Source: Candidatus Spongiisociaceae bacterium (lineage in GTDB: Bacteria; Actinomycetota; Acidimicrobiia; Spongiisociales; Spongiisociaceae). From it: a stretch of 64,000 bases of DNA. The stretch lies in assembly GCA_965262915.1 (NCBI GenBank), contig OZ253564.1, positions 4,896,001 through 4,960,000 on the forward strand, written 5' to 3'. Shown here one piece after another: positions 49,994-60,081 of this stretch (the first letter of the stretch is position 1; each line of letters starts with the position of its first letter). The position numbers were made by a program, and so were the translations under genes. Below the pieces are notes generated by a model. It was not told the DNA's origin, did no database searches, and saw only the letters and a list, made by a program, of their open reading frames with translations.

Positions 49994-50473
49994 TCAGACC
50001 GGGACGTCGGTAAGAGATTCTTTGCGGGCTTCCTCGCGGCCTTCCAGCCGCGCGATCCGCTCGCCCTGGCCGCGCAGCAACCCAACGACACGGGCGAGGG
50101 TCTCGTGGACCTTCCTGAACTCTTTGTCGGACGCCGCGGCGTTGGCAGCGATCTCCGTCCGGACCTCGGTAACATCCGACTTAAGCCCGGCAATATCCAA
50201 CTGGACCTCGCTGACATCCCCCCGGACACCGCTGACATCCGACTTGAGCCCCGAGATATCCGACTTGACCTCGGCGACATCCGACTTAAGCCCGGCGACA
50301 TCCAACTGGACCTCGGCCACATCCGACTTAAGCCCGGCGACATCCAACTTAACCTCGGCCACATCCGACTTAACCTCGCTGACATCCGACTTGATGTCCG
50401 AGCGTATCCAGGACAGGACGGTGGCCAGCAACACGGCTGCGAAACCGATCAGTGCGGCGATGATGGCTTCCAT
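49994..50473 (-). CDS. Membrane-anchored heptad-repeat coiled-coil protein
   Basis: N-terminal TM, ~11 tandem 7-aa units (KSDVAEV/KLDVAGL; 21-bp repeats at ~50160-50395), C-terminal ERIARLEG. Confidence 0.8.
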   Translation of the reverse strand: MEAIIAALIGFAAVLLATVLSWIRSDIKSDVSEVKSDVAEVKLDVAGLKSDVAEVQLDVAGLKSDVAEVKSDISGLKSDVSGVRGDVSEVQLDIAGLKSDVTEVRTEIAANAAASDKEFRKVHETLARVVGLLRGQGERIARLEGREEARKESLTDVPV

Positions 50474-50692
50474 GTCTCTACTCCCCTCAGCATGGCACGA
50501 GGCGTGCCTCACGCTGTCCAGTCGCCTCAGGCACCGCCAAACCTCAACCTACGATACATGAACGCATCATAAACAACAATAGAACAACCGGAGTCCGCCG
50601 GTCGGATAGTCGAGTTGGTAGCGGTTCGCCATGCCAAGACGAGCTAGGGGCCTCGACCTAATCTCCCAAGTCCGAGACATACCCACGGATGG

Positions 50693-50830
50693 CTAGTGAT
50701 CTGTCTGTGAAATGGCGGCGTGGTATGCGCCGGCAGCGGCGTTCCTCGCAAGACCCGCCGACGAAAGCGTACCGGCAGCGCACATCGAGGAGGAGGAACG
50801 GAGCGAGGGGCGTCGTTGGCGAGCAGAGGG
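50693..50830. mobile_element. MITE-like repeat family A, copy 2
   Basis: Aligns with 261-365; right end eroded, boundary approximate. Confidence 0.55.
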
Positions 50831-50862
50831 TGCCGACCCGAACGTACCGCCTTCAGATCGGT

Positions 50863-52539
50863 TCACGTGGCAATGTCTCTGCGCCGCAAGCCATGGACCG
50901 CCACCCATCCCGCGGCGAGCGTACCGGCCAGGAGAAGGAAGTACGTGGGTTCGAAGCCCTTGGCGAGCGGCGGGGTATCTCCGAAATACCAGTAGAAGGG
51001 GGAGATCATCCGAAGCGGTGCGAGGGCATCGGTGAGGGAGCCGAGGCCGTTGAGGAAGAACGTGGCCAGAGCAACTATCGCCGTGATCCGTATGGCCGGG
51101 AGTGAAGATCCCGCCAGCGCCCAGATCATCATCGCCAGCCCACCGAAGAACAGGCCGAGAAGGCCGAGCCCGGCGCCGGCGGCCAAGATCCTCGCGGCGC
51201 CCAGGTCGGTCTCCCATGCGGCGTCCCCCAGCACCGCCACGATGGTCGGGATCAGGACCACCAAGCCGGTGGAGAACGCTATCCCCCCGGCTTTGGTTGC
51301 GATCACCTTCCTGCGTGTGGAGGGGTTGGCGAGCACCAGGTCGAGAACCCCGGCCTTCTCCTCCTTCACCAGGACCATCGAGACTCCCCTGACGGCGAAC
51401 ATGATCATGAGGATCGGACCGATGGTCTGGTAGGTCCGGGAGGATATGAACCCGGCCGGGGTGACGATGGCCTCCGGGTCGGTCATGCCGAACATGGCGA
51501 ACACCTCGCGGGGAAGGGAGGTGATGAGAGCCGCCAGCGCCTCGGCGTCCTCAGAGAGGGCCGGCCAGGCGGAGAACATGGCGAGCGTCAGGAGTCCCAG
51601 TCCCCCTCCCCACGCCCACAGGGACCGGCGACGGTCCCAGAGGGTCTTGCGGAACAACCCGGCTAGCAGCCAGGCCGCCCGGGGGCGGCGGACCCGCGAG
51701 GGGGACCGGCGGGTGACAGTGGTGTCCGGGAGCACGGCGCGCTCGGTGGCGATGTCCCGCTTGCGGAACAGCAGGGTGGCCACCGTTACGAGGACCGCGG
51801 TCGTTATGGCCGGCCACAGGTGGCCGGCGCCCAACCCTTCGATCAGAGGGTTCGGCTCCAGGTACCAGGAGAACGGGCTGGCCGCGCTCGGACCCTCCAA
51901 CCACGAGTAGAGGCCGGAGAAACCGTGGATGAACCAGGCCAGGAACGCCAGGAAGCCCGCCATCCCACCCGCCACCGCCGCCCGGCCCGTGAAGGCGCCG
52001 GCCAGCAGGGTCACCGCCCCGAACACGACCCCGAGCAACCATAGGGAGAGGCCGGCGGCCAGCACCCCGACCACCGGCAGGTCCATCCCGAAGACCGGGT
52101 TGACGACCAGGAGGGCCGAGGTCATGACACCGACCAGCACCAGGGTCGCCAGGGCCACTCCCCCGGCCTTCTCCAGAAGGGCGCGGCTGCGCGAGACAGG
52201 AACCGAGAGCAGCATGTCCATGAGGCCGTCCCGTTCCTCGGCCACGGTCTCGGTAATGACCGCGCTGATGACGAAGATGAGTATCAGAAGGGGTGCGAAC
52301 AGCGAGTAGAGCTCGGTGGAGAGGAATCCGGCGGCGGTGAGGAAAGTAGCGGGGTCGAATCCGAAGACGGACAGCGCATCCGGAGGGAGTCTCTCGATCA
52401 GGTCGGTGAAGGCGTCGGAGTCCCGCAAGATCGGGAACACCACCCCCAACCAGGCGATCAGCGCCACCAGGCCGGCGCTGTTCCCGATCAAGGCCCGGCG
52501 GCGGTCGCGGAGGCTCTTGGTGAGGATGGCGGTGTTCAT
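50863..52539 (-). CDS. ABC-2 type permease (tandem duplicated domain)
   Basis: Two homologous halves (K.L.DRRR.L..., EE..G.LD..L..P..R, SPF.WY). Confidence 0.9.
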   Translation of the reverse strand: MNTAILTKSLRDRRRALIGNSAGLVALIAWLGVVFPILRDSDAFTDLIERLPPDALSVFGFDPATFLTAAGFLSTELYSLFAPLLILIFVISAVITETVAEERDGLMDMLLSVPVSRSRALLEKAGGVALATLVLVGVMTSALLVVNPVFGMDLPVVGVLAAGLSLWLLGVVFGAVTLLAGAFTGRAAVAGGMAGFLAFLAWFIHGFSGLYSWLEGPSAASPFSWYLEPNPLIEGLGAGHLWPAITTAVLVTVATLLFRKRDIATERAVLPDTTVTRRSPSRVRRPRAAWLLAGLFRKTLWDRRRSLWAWGGGLGLLTLAMFSAWPALSEDAEALAALITSLPREVFAMFGMTDPEAIVTPAGFISSRTYQTIGPILMIMFAVRGVSMVLVKEEKAGVLDLVLANPSTRRKVIATKAGGIAFSTGLVVLIPTIVAVLGDAAWETDLGAARILAAGAGLGLLGLFFGGLAMMIWALAGSSLPAIRITAIVALATFFLNGLGSLTDALAPLRMISPFYWYFGDTPPLAKGFEPTYFLLLAGTLAAGWVAVHGLRRRDIAT

Positions 52540-52543
52540 GCGC

Positions 52544-53464
52544 TCAACCCGCCTCGGTCGGGTCGGTGTCCGGGCCGTAGTAAGAGAGGAAAACGTCGTC
52601 GAGGTCGGCCTCTTCGGAGGTGACGCTCCTCACGTCCCACGCCGCGGCCGCCTTTATCACCGCGTCCTGCGATCCCGCCACGCTGAGGCGCAGGAGGGCG
52701 CCGCCCTTGTGCGTGTCGATCACGGTTACGCCATCGATCGATGTGAAGGTCGTCGGGTCGACCGGGGACCCGAACTCGATCGACAGGTTGGACTGGATCC
52801 TCGACCTGAACCCTCCGAGGGTGTCAACTGCGATGAGACGGCCTTGACGGACGATCCCGACGCGATCCGCCATCCGCTCCACTTCGGGCAGGTAATGGGA
52901 GGACAGGAAGACCGTGCGGCCTTCCCGGCCGACCTCGGCCAGCAACTCCGCGAACTCCTGCTGCATGAGCGGGTCGAGGCCGCCGGTGGGTTCGTCGAGG
53001 ATCAGCAGCTCCGGTTCGTGCATGAAGGCGTTCACGAGACCCACCTTCTGGCGGTTGCCCTTCGAGTACTCCTTGATCCGCCGGTCGAGATCCAAGTCGA
53101 AGCGCTCGGCGAGACGGGCGGTGGCGGCAGCGGTGTCGATACCCCGCAACCTGCTGAAGTAGAGCAGGAACTCCCGCCCGGTCATCGACGGGTACAGGGC
53201 CAGGTCGCCCGGTACGTACCCGACCCGGCGCCGAATGGGCAGGGAGTGGCTCACGATGTCCATCCCGAAAATGGATCCCGAGCCTCTCGTGGGGTGGAGG
53301 AGATTGAGCAGCAGGCGGATGGTGGTGGTCTTGCCGGCCCCGTTGGGCCCGATGAAACCGAACACCTCGCCGACATCGACCGCGAGATCGAGATCGACGA
53401 TGCCCGGTGTTTGCCCGTAGTACTTGGTGAGACCCGCGGTCTCGATCGCAGCCGGCATCGCCAT
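52544..53464 (-). CDS. ABC transporter ATP-binding protein
   Basis: GPNGAGKTT, YSKGNRQK, LILDEPT, SSH. Confidence 0.95.
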   Translation of the reverse strand: MAMPAAIETAGLTKYYGQTPGIVDLDLAVDVGEVFGFIGPNGAGKTTTIRLLLNLLHPTRGSGSIFGMDIVSHSLPIRRRVGYVPGDLALYPSMTGREFLLYFSRLRGIDTAAATARLAERFDLDLDRRIKEYSKGNRQKVGLVNAFMHEPELLILDEPTGGLDPLMQQEFAELLAEVGREGRTVFLSSHYLPEVERMADRVGIVRQGRLIAVDTLGGFRSRIQSNLSIEFGSPVDPTTFTSIDGVTVIDTHKGGALLRLSVAGSQDAVIKAAAAWDVRSVTSEEADLDDVFLSYYGPDTDPTEAG

Positions 53465-53488
53465 CCGCCTCCCCTGTTTCCCGCCGGG

Positions 53489-54262
53489 CTATCCGGCCCG
53501 GACCGGGCGGCGGGTCTTGTTGGCTTCGAAGAACTCTACAACCCGTCGCCAGGCATCGGCCGAGTCGGCGGCGAAGTCCTCGTGGTGACGGTCGAAGAAG
53601 GAGTGCGGAGCCCCGGGATAGACGACCACCTCATGGGGGATCCCGGCTTGGTGGAGCGCCGCTCTGAACTCCTCCACCTGGTCGAGGGGGATGCTCGGGT
53701 CGTCCCCACCCATCAGGGCCAGGATCGGACAGGCCATGCCCGCCACCCGGTCGATGGCGCCGCCGGTCTCCTCGGGTCGGCGGGGCTTGCCGTAGAAGCC
53801 GACGGCGCCCGCCAGACCGAGGCCGTTGGCGGCCTGGTGCCAGGAATTGGAGCCGCCGAAGCAGAACCCGACTGTGAACACCGGACGGTCTGGGTCCGCG
53901 GCCCGCAGGCGTGAGACGGCAGCGGTCACGTCGTCACGTATCCCCGCAAAGGTCGTGCCGTGGACGTGTGGCCAGAAGTCCCAGTCGTTGGGACGGTCCC
54001 CTATTCCGGCGGTGCGCCCGAAGTAGTCGATGGCGATGGCGTCGTACCCGGCCTGGGCGAAGCGAAGCGCCAGATCCGTGTAGAAACGGTAGAGACCGCG
54101 CACGTCGGGGAGCACCACCACCGCGGTCTCCGACGGGGTCGGTCCCGTTGCCTCGAACGCTGCGAACGCGTTGCCGTCCCGCGCGGTGAGCCTGAGATCC
54201 CGCCCGGTGGCTTTCCGGTCACCCTCTGGGACCGGAGGTTCGGAATCGTGGTCGAAACACAT
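53489..54262 (-). CDS. Dienelactone hydrolase family protein
   Basis: GFCFGG nucleophile, G..D, YPGAPHSF. Confidence 0.92.
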   Translation of the reverse strand: MCFDHDSEPPVPEGDRKATGRDLRLTARDGNAFAAFEATGPTPSETAVVVLPDVRGLYRFYTDLALRFAQAGYDAIAIDYFGRTAGIGDRPNDWDFWPHVHGTTFAGIRDDVTAAVSRLRAADPDRPVFTVGFCFGGSNSWHQAANGLGLAGAVGFYGKPRRPEETGGAIDRVAGMACPILALMGGDDPSIPLDQVEEFRAALHQAGIPHEVVVYPGAPHSFFDRHHEDFAADSADAWRRVVEFFEANKTRRPVRAG

Positions 54263-54314
54263 GCCGCCTCCGTTGCTTCTTCACGGCGGAAGGATATCGG
54301 CCTCCGGCTACTAA

Positions 54315-54458
54315 GAAGGGTAGCGGATAGGTGCTCACGTGGGGAGACACGAGCTACGACATTTCAAGAACCGCCCGCGATGACCTGGGGTTTCCCGACC
54401 AGCAGCCGCCTCGGAATGACTACACGGGCGAGCGCGCTCCGCCTATCCGCTAGCCCTC
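54315..54458. mobile_element. 144-bp MITE family B (divergent copy)
   Basis: TIR GAAGGGTAGCGGATAGG / CCTATCCGCTAGCCCTC; TAA on both sides. Confidence 0.82.
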
Positions 54459-54532
54459 TAACGCCGATCCCGCAACAGTCGCCGCCATGAGACGGAGGAA
54501 GCAGACCACCGAGATACCGTTCCTGCGCCTGA

Positions 54533-54677
54533 GAGGGTGCGCGGATAGGTGCTCACCCTGGGGAAACAGCGAGTACGACCGTTGACGCGTACACACCGAT
54601 GACCAGGGGTTCTTCGAGTTGGAACCGGGTAGGTCCATTGACAGGGGCGGTTACGGTCCGCCTACCCGCGCACCCTC
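54533..54677. mobile_element. 145-bp MITE family B (inverted relative to the 44829 copy)
   Basis: GAGGGTGCGCGGATAGG...CCTACCCGCGCACCCTC; flanks TGA/CAA do not match. Confidence 0.82.
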
Positions 54678-54774
54678 CAAAGGTGTTCACCCCAGAGATG
54701 GTTCCCGTGGGAGACGGGCGCCGATCTGTGCGTGATCCGAGGGATAGCCCGAACCGCAGGCTAGCCTTGCGGTT

Positions 54775-55605
54775 ATGTCACGGATAGGAAACTCACTCGC
54801 ACTGGCCCGGTCGTCCTGGGCGGTACTCAAGGCGGACAAGGAACTGGTGCTCCTGCCGGTGATCTCCGGGATCGCTTCGCTGATAGTCGCCGCCTCGTTC
54901 ATCCTCCCGATCATCTTTGCGGGTTTCGCCGACATAGGGGGAGCGACCATCGGGCTCCTGCTTCTGATGTACTTCGTTCTGGCTTATATCACGATCTTCT
55001 TCAACGCGGCCCTGATAAGCGCGGCGAACGAACGCTTGGAGGGTGGTGACCCGACGATCGGTAGCGCTATCAGGGGAGCGGCCCGCCGTGCGGGGAAGAT
55101 CCTCCCGTGGGCGCTGCTGTCAGCTGTCGTGTCGGTGATCCTGAGAGCGATCGAGGAACGGGTCGGATTGGTTGGCAAGATCGTGATCGCCGTGGTCGGG
55201 ATGGCCTGGACGGTGGTCACTTTCCTCGTACTGCCCATAATCGTGGTCGAGGGCATAGGCACGGGCAAAGCACTCAAGAAGTCGGGTTCACTGGTTCGGA
55301 ATACCTGGGGCGAGAACCTCGCGGGCCATATCGGCCTCGGTATCGTCGGGTTCCTTCTGATCCTCCCGTCGATCGCTCTGGTGGCCGCCGGGATCGCGTC
55401 GGCCGGCACCGGGGTGGGCGGAGTCGCGATCGGCTTGGGCGTGCTCTGGGGAATCATCGTCATGGTGGTCATGGCCGCCCTAACCGGCATCTACCAGACA
55501 GCCCTGTACCACTTCGCGGTATCCGGCCATGTCCCGTCGGGTTACTTCGACAGCACGCTGCTGCAGTCAGCGTTCCAGACTCGTCGCCTTCGTCGGCGAC
55601 GCTAG
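54775..55605 (+). CDS. DUF6159-like membrane protein
   Basis: S..LA.SSW.VL..DKEL..LP, FFNAAL, W...TF..LP..V.EG, S..L...TWGE. Confidence 0.75.
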   Translation: MSRIGNSLALARSSWAVLKADKELVLLPVISGIASLIVAASFILPIIFAGFADIGGATIGLLLLMYFVLAYITIFFNAALISAANERLEGGDPTIGSAIRGAARRAGKILPWALLSAVVSVILRAIEERVGLVGKIVIAVVGMAWTVVTFLVLPIIVVEGIGTGKALKKSGSLVRNTWGENLAGHIGLGIVGFLLILPSIALVAAGIASAGTGVGGVAIGLGVLWGIIVMVVMAALTGIYQTALYHFAVSGHVPSGYFDSTLLQSAFQTRRLRRRR

Positions 55606-55681
55606 CCGGATACCACTCCCCCCAACAGTCGGTACGAACACTTCGGGATCTCCGCGACGCGACGGTGCCTGAGGTATTCCG

Positions 55682-56200
55682 TCAACCGGCGGCAGGTGAC
55701 CAGATCGGACACCAGTCCTTGTAGTGGGTTTCAGTGACCTGGTTCAATACACCGCTGTCCACGTCAATGACGTGGATCTCGCCTTCACGACCGCTGGAGA
55801 AAGCTATACGGCTACTATCCGGATGCCACTCAGCACAGGAGCTATCCGCATCATCGTCTGAGCCGGCGCAAGTTTTCACCGTCTACATCGATGATGAACA
55901 GGCTCTCGCGATAGTCCATGTCTAGGTCACGAATAAAGGCGATACGGCGTCCATCAGGAGACCAGATGGGATAGCTGCCTTTGGTGAGTTCCTGTGTAGT
56001 TCCATCGTCCAGGTTGTATATGACGACTCTCTTGGATTCGTCCTGCCCCTCCACAGTGAAGGCCAGATGTTTACTGTCAGGGGACCAAGCTACAGCTTCA
56101 TATCCGCTGGCCTCAGTCGTTATTCTGTCCAATTCCGTTCCGTCCGCACTGGCAATCCAGATGGCCCCGTAACCACTGAAAGTTCTGTCCGGAGAGGCCG
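55682..56200 (-). pseudogene. TolB-like PD40/beta-propeller repeat remnant
   Basis: Repeated WSPD/WHPD...IAF units split across two frames; visibly lower GC. Confidence 0.7.
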
Positions 56201-56262
56201 GTAACCCGCTCCCAGAGTGGCCACCTTCATCGCTCGGCCAGAGGGCTAATGGAACCACCCAC

Positions 56263-56352
56263 ACGCACCGACGGATCGATCACATGCTGGGGAGCCAACA
56301 GCTGGGGCAGGCAGACGAACCTCCCGGCACATACGCAGCCGTTTCCGCCGGG
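56263..56352 (+). pseudogene. RCC1-like repeat remnant
   Basis: RTDGSITCWGANSWG / QADEPPGTYAAVSAG (frameshifted). Confidence 0.55.
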
Positions 56353-56531
56353 TGCCGGACGACGGAGGCACGTGAGAACGTGCGCGCAGCCTCATATTGT
56401 TGACAGGTTGAACCCTCCGGTCACGTCGACCCTATCAACCCAGCGGCGTCATGAAGCGGTGCCGCCGCAGTCTGACAACCGAACCCCCTTGACTGCCGCC
56501 GTCGGGCAACGGGGCCTCTCCCGGCTGGCTC

Positions 56532-56972
56532 CTAGCTTCCCAGGAACGGATCGCGGGTCCTCAGTTCCGGGAACATGGAGAAGTCGCGGTCCCGGGTGAA
56601 TAGCTCCTCAACTCCGTGGGCCACGCAGATGGCCGCGATCCGAGCATCGTGAACGACGCCACCGACAATCCGCGGGCGGTCCACGAATCGGCGAAGGATG
56701 GGGACGAAGTCATCCGTCTCGCCGATCATGCGATTCGACGGCGACGCTGTCCACGCATGAAACTGCTTCCAGGCCTGCGTAGGGGTACTGGCACTGTCCT
56801 TCCAGATCCGGCGGTTAGTCACCACGCTCAGGAACTCGAAACAGCACGGCCATGGGATCGCCCAGGGCCGATCACCTTCGGCTAGGGACACCAGAACCTC
56901 GTAAGCTCTCGCGCCGAGGCGTGCCTCCCTGCGATGGGCGTAGACGAGCACATTGGTATCTACGGCGATCAT
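56532..56972 (-). CDS. vapC: VapC PIN-domain toxin
   Basis: MIAVDTNVLVYAHR, EFL.VVT, VHDARIAA, TRDRDF..FP. Confidence 0.93.
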   Translation of the reverse strand: MIAVDTNVLVYAHRREARLGARAYEVLVSLAEGDRPWAIPWPCCFEFLSVVTNRRIWKDSASTPTQAWKQFHAWTASPSNRMIGETDDFVPILRRFVDRPRIVGGVVHDARIAAICVAHGVEELFTRDRDFSMFPELRTRDPFLGS

Positions 56973-57226
56973 CGGGGTCCGGCATCGCCGTAGATCAACT
57001 CCCGAAGCTCCGGCCACGAATAGCTTTCCAATGGGTCCGCTGCCTGAGGATCACCGACTCTCAGGTCGGGAAGTTCGAAGGACGGGCCAGGGGAGGGTGC
57101 CGAGAGTACGAGACGCAGTCCATCCTCAACAACAGCTCGTAGTGGCCTGCCCGTTGCTCTTGCGTGGAGCTTGGCGCGTCTCAGCAGTTCGTCATGGATG
57201 TTCAGCGTTGTCTTCACGAGTGCCAT
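56969..57226 (-). CDS. vapB: VapB-type (RHH) antitoxin
   Basis: KTTLNI.DELLRRAK..A...G..L..VVE.GLR; ATGA overlap with vapC; palindromic CCATA..TATGG upstream. Confidence 0.88.
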   Translation of the reverse strand: MALVKTTLNIHDELLRRAKLHARATGRPLRAVVEDGLRLVLSAPSPGPSFELPDLRVGDPQAADPLESYSWPELRELIYGDAGPR

Positions 57227-57495
57227 ACTACCCATACATGAGTATATGGTATAGCCATACTCAGTTGAGTAAGTGGTCGGTGGGAACGGGCGGTCCGGAA
57301 CTTGGGCATGAACAGGCAGAACCCCGGATGGCCACTCTCGACAAGCGTGTGCTTGCTGTGTGCCTTCCAACCCCGGCGTTTCCGGCCGAGAACGGCGGAA
57401 GGCGGGAGACCGGCCCGACAGGCGCAGGAAGTATCGCGGTTGGCCGGGCCGGGACGGAAACTGTCGTCGGCCGGTTATCGACCCTTACGGATTCC

Positions 57496-57771
57496 TCATG
57501 GGGAGCCCGCCCGGCGGCGAGCGGCCCTGGCTCGGGCCTTGGCTGCTTCTACCTCGCGGTTCTTGGGTGGGGCCGCTGTGACCAGAGCGTCCACCAGCAT
57601 CCGGGTATCCGCCGCAATCTGCTCCACCGCCCGGTCGAAGGCTGCCCGGTTGGCTCCCGATGGGCGGGAGGCGCCCATGATCTTGCGAACGTACTGCAGG
57701 GCGGCAGCGTGGACCTCCTCGTCCGTCGCCGGGGGCTCGAAGTTGTGGAGGGTTCGGATGCTGCGACACAT
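57496..57771 (-). CDS. DUF2277 family protein
   Basis: MCRSI.TL.NFEPPAT.EE..AAALQYVRK...PS.AN..AF..AV. Confidence 0.88.
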   Translation of the reverse strand: MCRSIRTLHNFEPPATDEEVHAAALQYVRKIMGASRPSGANRAAFDRAVEQIAADTRMLVDALVTAAPPKNREVEAAKARARAARRRAGSP

Positions 57772-57805
57772 GGCTCACGAGGTTAACGAGCGTTCGGAAC
57801 GCTCG

Positions 57806-59497
57806 TCACTCGGTGTAGGGAATCACCTCGGGACCATCAGTGCGGGCCACGATCAGCAGGCGCTCGTGCTCGGCTAACTCGATGGCCTCTATCACCGCCT
57901 CGGCCGAGAGGGCCGCGTCCGCGTCGGGCCGGTCCCAGACCCGGGCTTTGACGCCCGTCTGTTCCTCGACCGCCCTGGCGACCTCGCCGCCTTCAGACCC
58001 GACCAGCACAACCGAGAGGACGGTCCTTCCAGGTGGTTTCGGGGGCATGTCTGCCAGGTCGGCCCGCCGGATCGCCCAGTGGTATGCGGCTGCTATGCCC
58101 ACGGTCAACACCAGAGCCAGCGGCCAACGGATTGCGTAGATCGTCGTGGAGCCCACATCCCCCTCCAGTACAGCCTCCAGGATCCGGTAGGCCAGGAAGA
58201 ACAGGCTTCCCAGGGCCAACACGCCACCTGCTCCGAACACGCATATCAGGTAGATCCGCCTCGTGGGCGAACCAAGCTCGGAATCCGGATCCGCCCGCCG
58301 CCAGCGCTGGGTCGCTGTCCAGTACCGCCACCACACGGGGAAACCGACCAGGAGCATGGCCACGGCCGCCACGAGGCCCGATCGATCGGAAGACCTGACG
58401 AGGTCGGCAGGCACGAGGGCGCCGATGGAGGCCGCGATCACAGCTCCGAGGCCACCGACCGTAGCGATGAGCCCGACACCCGTGACCGTGTACTCGTGGA
58501 CCCGGTCGACCTCCGATCGGCGGGCCGGTCCCGCCGCGCGGAGAGCAGCGTGGTGGTAACGCCACAAGAGACCGCCGACCGCCATCAGCGCCAGGGCGAG
58601 CGGCAGTTCCTCGAAGTGCAGCCGGGCAGGATCCGTGGAATCCCCGACGAACCAGTCGAGGATCCGGTAGAGGAGGCTCCACACGCCGGTGAGGGCCGTG
58701 AGCAGGCCGCCGACCACTCCGGGGAGCAACACGTAGGCACGCCACAACGGGGTCCTTTCGGTGCGAATCGCGAGGAACCACCAGTAGCGGAGCCAGACGA
58801 CCCCCCATACCACCAACCCGACCAGCGCGGTCAGGATCAGTTCTGCCCTGCCCTCGACCACGGTGGCGCCCACCAAGAGGTCATAGAGCCTGCCGAGGAC
58901 TCCCTCGAGGAACAGAACTCCGAAAGTGGCCCCGGTGGCCAGCCCAATGAGGGAACCCAGCAGCACGCCGTAACGCAGGTAACCCGCGCGGTCCCGCCAA
59001 CCGGCCAGAACATGATGCGAGAACCAGACGATTCCCCACACCACCATCACCGCGGCCGGCGTGATCCGGAACCTGCCTTCCGTCAGGCCTACGCCCCAGA
59101 GGTATGCACCGGTACCGGCGGCACCAAGGCTGATCAGTTCCGCCACCACCAGGTAGATCTCCCAACCCGGATCCACCCCGCCCGAACGGTCGAGGGCTCG
59201 CCTCACCCAACGAGACACCAGTACGAGGCCGGGCCCACAGACGATCACGCAGGCCAGCATGAAGGCCGTGTATCCCGACCCCCCGATCACCTCGGGATCG
59301 GCCAAGGCAAGTAGTCCGGTCAGCCCGGTCCCCACCAGCACCATGAGCACCAGCAGCATCCCGTACCGGAAGCAACGCCTCAGAGCACCCCCGGTGTCCC
59401 CGCCCGACCTACGGGACAGGAAGGTCACCACGGCCACAGCTAGAGCTATGGCAACCAATACCTCCAGAATCAGAGCAAGTATCACCACCACCTCCAT
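57806..59497 (-). CDS. DUF5671-like multi-pass membrane protein
   Basis: Repeated TM modules (RR.Y.Y, W..HW/W.YH). Confidence 0.75.
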   Translation of the reverse strand: MEVVVILALILEVLVAIALAVAVVTFLSRRSGGDTGGALRRCFRYGMLLVLMVLVGTGLTGLLALADPEVIGGSGYTAFMLACVIVCGPGLVLVSRWVRRALDRSGGVDPGWEIYLVVAELISLGAAGTGAYLWGVGLTEGRFRITPAAVMVVWGIVWFSHHVLAGWRDRAGYLRYGVLLGSLIGLATGATFGVLFLEGVLGRLYDLLVGATVVEGRAELILTALVGLVVWGVVWLRYWWFLAIRTERTPLWRAYVLLPGVVGGLLTALTGVWSLLYRILDWFVGDSTDPARLHFEELPLALALMAVGGLLWRYHHAALRAAGPARRSEVDRVHEYTVTGVGLIATVGGLGAVIAASIGALVPADLVRSSDRSGLVAAVAMLLVGFPVWWRYWTATQRWRRADPDSELGSPTRRIYLICVFGAGGVLALGSLFFLAYRILEAVLEGDVGSTTIYAIRWPLALVLTVGIAAAYHWAIRRADLADMPPKPPGRTVLSVVLVGSEGGEVARAVEEQTGVKARVWDRPDADAALSAEAVIEAIELAEHERLLIVARTDGPEVIPYTE

Positions 59498-60045
59498 CAG
59501 GGATTTCCTTCACGGTCCAGCATGGGCTCGGAACAGCCGTACCATGGCCACTCCTGGTCCGTGATGCGCCATTCGGCCCCGGACAACTGCAGGCTGAAGA
59601 ACGCGTCGAACTCGTGGTACGAGTCGAAGATCCCCCGGTGCTCGGCCACCAGCACCTCGACCTCGGCTCCCGACCCGTCAACAACGGTCTCCATCCACTC
59701 GATCCGGTAGGCATCGTGCGAGAGGTGCCGGGGAAACCTGGAGTCGCACTCTCGCTGCAACCGGTCCGACAGGTAGGAGCGGGCCTCGGCACGCCTGCCT
59801 TCGATCACCGCCTGCAGGTAGCGCTGAACCACGCCTTCCGGTGTGGCCGGATCGAGCTGTGGACTGCGGATGAACGTGAAAGCGACCGCGACCGCCACCA
59901 GCACGCCGACCGCGATCCCCGCCCATAAGATGATCCGCGCACCGGGAGGAAACGACCCCTTCGGATCGGACCCGGATCGTGTTGGCGGCTCAGGGGTGTT
60001 CACGCCGTTGCAGACCGACCGCACGCCCGGCGAGATGGTCCCCAC
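59497..60045 (-). CDS. Membrane-anchored hypothetical protein (TPEGVVQRYL; LpqB-N-like)
   Basis: TM plus LDP.TPEGVVQRYL.AV; coupled to the downstream gene; start uncertain. Confidence 0.65.
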   Translation of the reverse strand: MGTISPGVRSVCNGVNTPEPPTRSGSDPKGSFPPGARIILWAGIAVGVLVAVAVAFTFIRSPQLDPATPEGVVQRYLQAVIEGRRAEARSYLSDRLQRECDSRFPRHLSHDAYRIEWMETVVDGSGAEVEVLVAEHRGIFDSYHEFDAFFSLQLSGAEWRITDQEWPWYGCSEPMLDREGNP

Positions 60046-60081
60046 CCGCGGATTGCGTCCGGTCCTGGGAGCTGTAGTCTC

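Noticed and set aside
50160-50395. 21-bp repeats as a CRISPR or other non-coding array
   Set aside because: Repeats are contiguous with no spacers and encode in-frame heptads.
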